Of a stretch of DNA of 64,000 bases, positions 50,038 through 60,800 are shown in pieces. Source of the stretch: Octopus vulgaris (lineage: Eukaryota); assembly GCA_951406725.2 (NCBI GenBank), contig OX597821.1, positions 36,828,001 to 36,892,000 of the forward strand, read 5' to 3'. Within the stretch, counting starts at the first letter, position 1; every line of letters starts with the position of its first letter. The translations under genes and the position numbers were made by a program. A model generated the notes under the pieces. It did no database searches and was not told where the DNA came from. It saw nothing but the letters and a program-made list of their open reading frames with translations.

Positions 50038-53000
50038 CATATATACGATGGGCTTCTTTCAGTTTCCATCTACCAAATCCACTCACAAGGCTTTGGTCGG
50101 CCTGAGGCTATAGTAGAAGACACTTGCCCAAAGTGCCACGCAGTGGGATTGAATCCGGAACCATGTGGTTGGTAAGCAAGCTACTTACCACACAGCCACT
50201 CCTGCGCCTATTATATATATATATATATATATGGGGGGGATGCTGAAAAGTTCTTGGCTTTAAGGGTATCATGAAAGGCCTGGTTGGAGGCCCAACCCCC
50301 CGAGTTCTTTTTACAGGGCTTACAAAGACTGAAGGATAGCTGCAATAAGTGTGTGAATCTGAGAGGGGAATTTTTTTACTTGTTTCAGTCATTTGACTGT
50401 GACCACACTGGAGCACCGCCTTCAGTTGAACAAATCGACCCCAGAGCTTATTCTTTGTAAGCCTTGATCAGGACCAACTTGTGGCTAAAAAAGAATATCA
50501 ACAATGAGACTGTAAAATGGAGGGACATCAATATTGTAACAATTCCTGGCAGAAATCGCAACCAAAGTTCCTTCAAACAATGCTTTGTTGTCTTATTTAT
50601 GTTTATATTTCTGCATGAATATACAAATGAGACTTCAACATATTAACTAGACATGCCAGATATAGCAACCAATTCTCCCTCAAACCACATCCTTCTGTTC
50701 CTCTCCTACTTTGATACAATACTTTGGCATTAATGGGTGTATTACATGATATAACTAATTTTATTTGCAAGAATTCATCACAGAGATATGTGATGATATT
50801 TCAATTTGCCTCCTCACCAGGTAACAGGAAGTAACAAAGGGATTGGTTTTGCCATTGTCAGAGCTCTGTGTAAAAAGTTTGAAGGAGATGTGATAGCAAC
50901 AGGTAAGTTTATTGTTATTATTATTGCAGTGGGGTATGTGTACACATAGGGGTATGCCAGGAGAATTGTGGTAGGTGAGTGAAGTTTGTAAAAACAGTGG
51001 AACCACTACCATCTTAATGCAACTCATATGTCTAGAAAATGTGAGGAAAGGTATTTGCTCTTCCCATTCACTTATCTTTGTCAACAAGTGTTTTCAGTAA
51101 AGTGCAGAACAAAAACACGAATTTTGTGTAAGACTGCAAATTGGGAATTTGGGAATAATATGCAAGTGCATCTCTCTGAAACTGTGTCTACAATTGAGTT
51201 CCTTGTTGGAAAGAGCCAAGTTGATCCATCTTATTAAAAATGTATGGCTAAGTTTAATGAAAATGCTTTTTTATATAGGCACAAAATTTGGAAATTTGTG
51301 AGTAGTGGGAGGACAGTTGATTATGTTAAATCTTGTACTTGATTGGCATTTTATTTTATTGGCCCGAGAAGGTTGAAAGGCAAAGCTGAATGCAACAGGA
51401 TTTGAACTCTTCAAATTAATTATAAACAATACATGTCTGTTGACTATTTAATGGTCACCAACCATTTTGCAGTATGTTATTGATAATGGGTTACACTAAT
51501 ACTACTGGACATGATGAAGAGTTATGTTGGAAGGAAAACTTTGAGTACCCTTGAAAGACAAACCAAATATGAATGACAAATGCAACAGAAACAGCAGCAA
51601 AAACCACAACAGGGTGGCCAGTACAATAATGAAAGAGAATCAGGTGACAAGAACATACATTAACTAGGGTTCATAGTTGGTTTTGGTCTAGATCACCAGG
51701 TAAATAAAAACTGAGAAAAGGTTACTGGTTGTGACTTTAAAGCACTACTGGACACTTTTTATTGCCTAAACCTGTCAAGTTCAAAGATCACATTTAATAT
51801 TGACATTTTGTTTTGTTTTGAAATTTTATGCAGCAATTATGAAAAATCTATATAAATTCTTTGTATTTTTCTAATTCTAAAGAAGAACCAGTTTGTATTG
51901 TATACAAGTTATATTTTTCACTAAGATTTCATTGTTTATAATTAGTAGCAAAATTTATGCATGAGTGGATGATAGGTATTATATATAATTGCTTGATTCT
52001 CTTTAATAATCTCACAATAATGACTTTTATTACTTCTATTGCTACCTCAGTTCATCTAATTATATATATATCTTTCATTACTTTTCATAAAAAGGCCTTT
52101 ACTTTTTTTATTTACAATGTGCATTTTCGTTGATTTTTCTTACTTTCCCCTTACATTACCACGTGTAGTTTCTATTTTCTTTTTGTAACATATTTCTATT
52201 ATATATATATGAATTAACTATAGAATAAGTTAAGTTTTCTTCTATATTATAAAGTTTTCATCAATTCTCTCATATTACAACTGCCTATTTTCATTTTTAC
52301 AAGCTCGTGATGCTGGACGTGGGGAAGCAGCTATTGCAGAACTTCACAAGGAAGGATGTCAGGCCAAATTCCATCAACTTGACATCACAGACACTAAAAG
52401 TATTTCCGTTTTTGCAAACTATTTGAAAGAAACCTATGGAGGCCTTGATATCCTTGTCAACAATGCTGGTATAGCTTATAAGGTACTTTCCACCCTTCTG
52501 TACAAGTTGTTATTTTTATTTCTTCTACATGTTGATATTAGTTATTCATAACACCACACAGCTTGTGATGTACAATACTGATATATCTTGGAACAATTCT
52601 GGCTTAGCCAAAAAAATGTTCTAAATAATAATGACAATGCTTAATATTATCAGAGGCCCACAATTTCTGGAGGACTTGCACTTAATTTCTGTGGAAGAAT
52701 TGAAGGCAAGAAACATCCTCATTAAGGTAGAGTGATTGCTTAGAATGTAGAGTGATTGTTAGAGGCTACACCTGTTTTAGTAATTTACTGCCATCTTAAT
52801 TATAATAGTAATCGTTTCAAATTTTGGTGCAAGCCCAATAATTTTAGAGGGAAGATGTTAGTTATTTACATTGTCCCCAGTACTTGACTGGTGCTTTATT
52901 TTATCAAACCCAAAAGAATGAAAAGCAAAATAGGCCTCAGCAGTATTTGACACCAGAATGGAAAGAATAGGAACAAATACTTCAAAGAATTATTTTACAA

Positions 53001-54847
53001 CACTCTTACAATTCTGCAACTTCACTGCCTTCCTCTTAATTATAATAATCCTTTCTGTTGTATGCACAAGGCCTGAAATTTGTGGGGAGGGGCTAAGTCT
53101 ATTACATTGATGCCAATGTTCGACTGGTTCTTAGTCTACCAATCCTGAAATGATGAAATGCAAAGTTGACCTTGATAGAATTTGAACTCAGAATGTGAAG
53201 ATGGATGAAATGCTGCTAAGCATTTTACTTGGTGTACTAATGGTTCTGCTCACTTACTGCTTTGTATCATCATCATCATCATCATCATTGTTTAGCATCC
53301 GCTTTCCATGCTAGCATGGGTTGGACAGTTCAACTGGGGTCTGGGAAGCCAGAAGGCTACACCAGGCCCAGTCTGATCTGGCAATGTTTCTACGGCTGGA
53401 TGCCCTTCCTAACGCCAACCACTCCATGAGTGTAGTGGGTGCTTTTTACGTGCCAGAGGAGGCTGGCAAACGGCCCTGATCGGATGGTGCTTTTTACGTG
53501 CCACCGGCACGAGGCCAGTCGGGGCGGCACTGGCAATGGCCACGTTCGGATGGTTCTCTTACATACCACCGGCACTGGTATCACAGCTGCAATTTCCATT
53601 GATGTTGATCGGTTTCAATTTTGGTTTGTATAATAGTAATAATAATAAATTAACTTCAAATTAATTTCGTAATTTTTATATTTTAGCAAGCATCAACAGC
53701 TCCTTTCAGTGAACAAGCAGAAGTGACATTGAGATGTAACTTCACTGGAACTTTGGATGTTTGTCGACAAATCTTTCCCCTGTTGCATCCTCATGCCAGG
53801 TATGTATATATATATATGTGTGTTTGTGTCAATTGTATCTATATGGTGGGGAAGTGTCTTTATTCTAGTCTTTATATTGTTTTTCTTCTGGATCTCTTTG
53901 ATTCATCTGTGTGTAGATGATTAATATTTTTGGCACTTCACAGCATGTGGCATAAAACTTAGACTTGTTGTGATGATTGTCATAGGGTGGAAATCAAGTT
54001 AATGAGATCATATAATAAAGAACAATCACATGATCAAGAATCTATTTTGTTCCTCTTTAACCCCTTCAGTCATTTTGTCCAATGCATTGGACACTTTTTT
54101 TAGCATAAATTACAAAAGAAATATAAATCATAATTAATTTGAGTCACAGTTACCAATTCATTGGACATCTCTAAAATGAATATATAACCAAGACCATATA
54201 ATTCTGACTCAGTGTTTTCTCACGAGTCATAGAGAATGGCTGTGTCTCTTCTAGTAAATCTCACAGAGGTAAGTAAATTGGTATTTCTTTTACCTAGTGT
54301 TAGCAAAATTTTTATTTATCCATGCCAAATATTAAGAATATTGAATATTGAATTCTTTAAAAATTTACTTAATGTGTGTTATTTACCTGTATTTTGGAAT
54401 AAATAACAAAATAAAAATTAAAAAATAGTTTTACTTTTTCATCCATAACTGAAGAGGTTAAATAAAATCTCATTAGTAAAAGTAATTATATAAAAATACT
54501 ACCTAGTTTTGCTGCAAAAGCTGTTTTTGGGTTAACGACCTACATTAATAAAGGCATACAACCAGGAATTGGACTATTGCAATATCTAATTTTCTGAAAT
54601 ACACATAAGCCCCCCCACCTCCCTCCCACTGTCAATATCACATCTCTCTTTACTCTTTTACTCTTTTACTTGTTTCAGTCATTTGACTGCGGCCATGCTG
54701 GAGCACCGCCTTTAGTCGATCAAATCGACCCTGGAACTTATTCTTTGTAAGCCCAATACTTATTCTATCGGTCTCTTTTGCCGAACCGCTAAGTGGCGGG
54801 GACGTAGACACACCAGCATCGGTTGTCAAGCAATGCTAGGGGGACAA

Positions 54848-54880
<33 letters not shown>

Positions 54881-57800
54881 CATACATATATACGACAGGC
54901 TTCTTTCAGTTTCCGTCTACCAAATCCACTCACAAGGCATTGGTCGGCCCGGGGCTATAGCAGAAGACACTTGCCCAAGATGCCACGCAGTGGGACTGAA
55001 CCCGCAACCATGTGGTTGGTTAGCAAGCTACTTACCACACAGCCACTCGCGCCTGTTTCATTTACATATAGACACCTCATAAATATTTCTACTTACAGGA
55101 TGTGTGGTTCATTTAATGAAAAGTGAATGATGTTAATAAAACATTGAGCAACTCATCAGCCTCATCATCATCATCATCATTACCCCTTTAGTTTTCCAAA
55201 TTGTCAGTGATTGGACAGATCCATATCAACATAGTGTTTTATCCATTTATTACATTCCTTTGTAATTTCCTTTTGAGCAGTCCACTGTCTTACTTCTACC
55301 CACCTTTTCTTTAGCTCAACCCTCCTGAAAACTACCTCTACTGACATATTTGACATTTTTACATTCAGTTAATGTTCTTCCTATATATTGCTTTGTCCAT
55401 ACCAGCACAATCTTTTCTGTACACTGTGGTTGATATTCTAATGCCAAGTTTTCTTTTAACATACTTGTATTCTCTCATTCATAACATGCTGACATTACTT
55501 ATCTAACAGAATATGCTTACCTCGCCTCTTTACAAGTTTCATATTTATTATGAGATTAATGCCCGTGTCTTACTACCATATACACAGGTCTTAACATACA
55601 ATCTGTCCTCCATTCAAGGTGAGAAGCTTTTTGTTGCCAACAGCTGAACCTTTTCCACTCCATACTCTGGCTGCTAAACTTTCACAATACTCATCTCTGT
55701 AGCTGAGTAGGTCTTTCAGGTAGCTGGAGCTCTCAACTATTTTTGCCTTGGCTTCTGAGCAATTGAAATATCTTGAAATAATTACTAATAACAACTCCTA
55801 TACATCTGTTATATATGCAGTCTTCCATTTTTGCCAGCCTGCCTTTGATCCCACTGTACACATAGCTTGAACTATGTAGACAGTATAGAATTCCTGTCAA
55901 GGCAGTGAGCTGGCAGAAGCATTAGCACGCTGGACAAAATGCTTAGTGGTATTTCATCTGCTGCTACATTCTGAGTTCAAATTCCACCGAGGTCGACTTT
56001 GCCTTTCATCCTTTTGGGGTCGATTAAATAAGTACCAGTTACGCAATGGGGTCGATATAATCAATTTAATCCGTTTGTCTGTCCTTGTTTGTCCCCTCTG
56101 TGTTTAGCCTCTTGTGGGCAGTAAACAAATAAGTATAGAATTCTTGTCTGTTCCCTTTCAGTATACTGAGTACATCTATATTTATTTCCATCTTCTCTGT
56201 TAATAGTTGTGATCTATTTTATTTTCTTGTACCTTAGACCTATCTTTGATAAATTGACTTTAGACCTCTGCTTCCATGTTTGGAATTTGCCCCATTTAAT
56301 TCTTTGACTGATTTGACTATGAAAGTTTGAGCATTACCATGCAGGAGTTTTGACAAACATCTTGTCTTCATTTGTGAAAAATTTTTAATTCTTTTATGTG
56401 TGTATCATCATCATCATCATCATCATCGTTTAACGTCCGTTCTCCATGCTAGCATGGGTTGGACAGTTCGACCGGGGTTCTGGGAAGCCAGAAGGCTGCA
56501 CCAGGCTCCAGTCTAATCTGGCAATGTTTCTACAGCTGGATGCCCTTCCTAACGCCAACCACTCCGTGAGTGTAGTGGGTGCTTTTTACGTGCTTGTGGT
56601 ATTTAGTTGCAGTCCTTTATATTTTGAGTTCAAGCCCCACCCAGGTATATACATTTGCTCCAGTATGGAGCCAGTAAAGTAATAATATGAAATAGTTTAA
56701 TTTTAGTGTGAAGATTGTTTTGTGTTAAAATCTAAGTAAATAGATTAGTAGTCAGAGACCTTTAAAACTCAATGTCAGCTAGCCAATAATTCCTTAACCT
56801 TGTTTTATCTCTACCTTTTATACAAAAGTCAAACTTATATGTTTATGTTTTATGTTCTAGAGTGGTTAATGTTTCCAGTATGGCCTCCGTAAGAGCACTT
56901 AGTAAATGTTCAACAGAACTGAGAGAGAAATTCATTGATAAAAATTTAACTATACCTCAGCTGGAAAATTTGATGGCTCAGTTTGTAACGTATGTATTAT
57001 TTCATCTTGGATATGTCATGTGATTTCATCATAAATTTTATAAGACAAAATTTAAGTTACATTATTGTTGTGTTTAGGCTGCATTGATTTACTACCACTA
57101 ATGACTAATGACAAGAAAAGAGTGGAACTCTGTATGTGTGTGTGTTTGTATGTGGATGTGTGAGCTAAAAGGTTCATTGACTGACTATGAAGGAATGATA
57201 ATGGAACTGTGAAATCTTTCGTGCATTAATTCTAACTCTACTTATTAATAACTGCATTGTTTCCTTCCAGGTAAACTGACATCTGATTGTCCAAAGAAGA
57301 TTTCAAAGATAATTTCAAAGTAGTGACTTCTCTTGAAAATGGACCAATTTGGCCTCATGGTGTTTTCAAGTACCTGCAGAAAAACGGTTTAGCCCCCAAA
57401 AGACATTCATGTTAACATGCTTGCTACACTAGGGGATGATGGTCCAATTTTATTGACATTGAGAAAGTGAGCAGGTGTATTTAGGAGGGTAGGGAAAGTC
57501 TTGAAGATGACTCAACTTCTGGACGTCCTGCAACTGCCACCACTGAGGAAAGCATTGATTCATTGATTGTGTTCACCATATGGTGATGGATGACAGGTGA
57601 TGGATAACTATAAATCAAAGAACCACTGCTGTTAGTATACCCTGTGAGAAAGTTGAGAATATTCTGCACAATGATCTTGATATGATCAAAAGTGCACCAG
57701 CAGATTACATTACAGGAGAAATCGATATTGATTAAAGCAGATCTAGCTGGCTTCCTTGAACATTTCCTAACCCAAGATGAGCGTTAGCTTTATAACTGTG

Positions 57801-60800
57801 AACCAGAGACAAATAGACAATCCATGTGGTGGAAAAGCCCTTCCTCACCTGCTCAAAGAAGGTTAAAGTCGTTTCACCTGCAGGGAAGGTGATGACCTCA
57901 GTTTTTCGGGATGAAAAAGACATTGTGTTTATTTACAATCTTCAAAGGGGCCACATCATCAATGAAGAGTACTATGCCAACTTCCTGGGGCAGTTATGAA
58001 AGGCTGTCGAGACCAAATGCTCACAAAAACTGATGAAAAGGTTATGGCTGGAATGACTTGGATCATAGTTTTTACTCAATCAAATTGACCGCAGTTATTA
58101 AATATTTAATTTATCTTTTATTTTTAACTTGTTTCAATCATTAGACTGTGGCCATGCTGGGGCACTACTTTGAAGAACACTTTGTTGAATGAATTGACCC
58201 CCAGCACTTATTTTCTTTTAAGCCTGGGACTTATACTAGAGATCACTTTTGCAAACTGCTTAGCAACAGGGATGTAAGCACACCAACATCAGTCGTCAAG
58301 TGGTGGTGTAAGACAAACACACATATGATGGGCTTCTTTCAGTTTCCGTCCGTCAAATCAACTCACAAGGATTTGGTTGTTCCAAAGCTATAATGGGAGA
58401 CACTTTACCAAAGTGTCACACCGTGGGACTAAATCTAGAACCATGTGGTGAGGAAGCAAGCTTCTGACTATATAGCCACTCCTGTGCCAGTGTTTAATTT
58501 GTAGGCTTAATTCTTTTATTTATCTCTATACATATATATATTTATATATAATTTTTACAATTTTTACATCAGTGATGTGAAAAATGGTGACCATGAAGCA
58601 AAAGGTTGGCCTTCAACAGCATATGGTGTCTCTAAGATGGGAGAAACTGCTATGACTATAATTCAACAGAAAGTTCTTGATAGTGAAGGAAAAGAAGATA
58701 TTGTTATCAATGCGGTAATTATCAATTTCATTTCTTATATTTCATTTAATGCATTTTCATTTATTATCCATGTGTGCTTAAGTGAAAGCAGGATATTGTA
58801 GTCACTCATATTGTCTGTGTTAGCACACCAAATTTAGCAGAAATACTCATTGGGTGAGTGGCTTAAACTGATGAAAATTTGGTTTGATTATTATCAAAAC
58901 TGGCAGACAGGTGAATCAAAACGTTTTGACTGGGCAGATTTTTTGTGAAAGAATTTATATACACAGGATATGCATCGTTTTGGCATGTTCTCAGCACAAG
59001 AATCTATTATTAGCACATAAAAACATATATTATGTCTATTAAATACTTTTTCTTTCTCCATAGGGAGTACTTTTTTGTTGATCTTATCATCATGGAATAG
59101 TACGCAATATATATATATCATTTGATTTGACCCTCATCTGCATGTGTATAGAACATAGCATACCTATGCATGTAGACACATGTTTATACATATATACATA
59201 AATATATATATAGATATGCAACTCTTTATGTGTGTACAGTGATGGATTTGAGGGTTTCGTTTATTTATGAGTTGATTTTTTAATTTCATCAGAGTATAAT
59301 ACCTATAACAGTGATATTTAAAGAAAAAAAAATTCAAATTAAAAAAAAATCAAACTTACAAATTTTCTGATAAGTAGTCATATTATTTATATCCCACAAC
59401 AAACTACAGTATGTTTGATTCGCCTGCCATCATTGAAAGACATTGAAAACACTTCTCAAATTCTATGCAATATTTTCTATAAGTATTTCATTTTCTTCAC
59501 TTTCTATTTCATAATCATGATTATTATTTGAATAATCATTTATTTAGTCATATGCAAATTTTACTCATTTGTGTTTGATGTAGACATCGATCAAGTCTAT
59601 TTTCAGCTGTCATCTACTTAGGCTTCTAATCTGCTTTTAGTCAAACACTTACAAAATTTAATTCACTTCAATTAAAAAGCATGGATAAGCAATGCAGTGT
59701 AAGCCACACTGTAATTTGCAAAAAACTTTATCTGTGCACAGGATATGCATCGACCCTATGATGCCTATTATTTTTCATTTATTTTTCGGTTGTTGGTTCT
59801 AGTTGAAGGCTTATGATCTTCACAAGTTATCCAAGACCAAGGAAATCATTGTCATTAATCTTCTGCTTAAGCTGTTGAAAGCCAACACCTCCAGGAAAGA
59901 CATTCCAGGGAAAGAAGAACTAGATGTAATGGTTTGTGTGGGTCCTTAGCATTGGATGAAAGAAAGCATGAGAGATGAGAGGAGGAGAGATAAGTCAGGT
60001 GGATTTGAGTGGTCTGTGTATGAGATCAGCTACTACTGAGGATGAGAGTCATTTTAGTAGCAATATAAAAAGGTAGAGATAGGAAAATGTACTCTTGTGG
60101 GTTAGGGGCTGGTGCATATCTGTCAGTGATATTTTATACCTGTCAACAGTGGCCCAGGAATAAAATTTTCTTAGGGGGTACAAACTCAGTTCCAAAATTT
60201 GGCACTACTGTAGAAGTGTGGATCCGAGTTCTGGGAGTGTGCATGTCACAAGTTTGCACATGCGAGCACGTTAGTCATAAGCAGTCGATTTTAGCACACA
60301 GGTAAACAACGAGATGTGCGCTACTTGCTGTAAATGGAGGGTGGGTTATCCATCTAATACAAGAAGAAAATTGCAGATAAATTGAATAAAAACATGAAAA
60401 ATAACAAAATGATATTTCATTGAAAAGTAAACCATTCTGAAAAATAGTTCAGAATGTTTTCAAAACATTCATCTCCAGCTTTTCCCATATTTTATTATGG
60501 GTTAGGGCTTAGGGTTTAGGGTTAGGGGAGATGAATGTTTTTTTCAGTATTCAATGATTATTTTTCACTTTTATATTTATTTTATCTACAATTTTCTTTT
60601 TGTATTACATGGTTAACCCCGCTCCATTTACAGCAAGTAGCGCGCGTCCGTGCGTCTCATTGTTTATCTCTGTGTTAAAATCAACTAGTAGCGCGCATCC
60701 GCATATCTCGTCATTTGCCTGGTGAGCTAAAATCGACTACTTGTAGGATCGACTAGTCATGACTAGCTAGAGCGGATGCGCGAGTGCGCGTACCAGGACC

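Noticed and set aside
50815-50826. AG|GT junctions as recursive splice sites (also 27805)
   Set aside because: The GT is the first Val codon of conserved coding exons; no further support
60499-60527. TTAGGG run as a true telomere or fusion scar
   Set aside because: Only ~4 imperfect units at the centre of a TIR element
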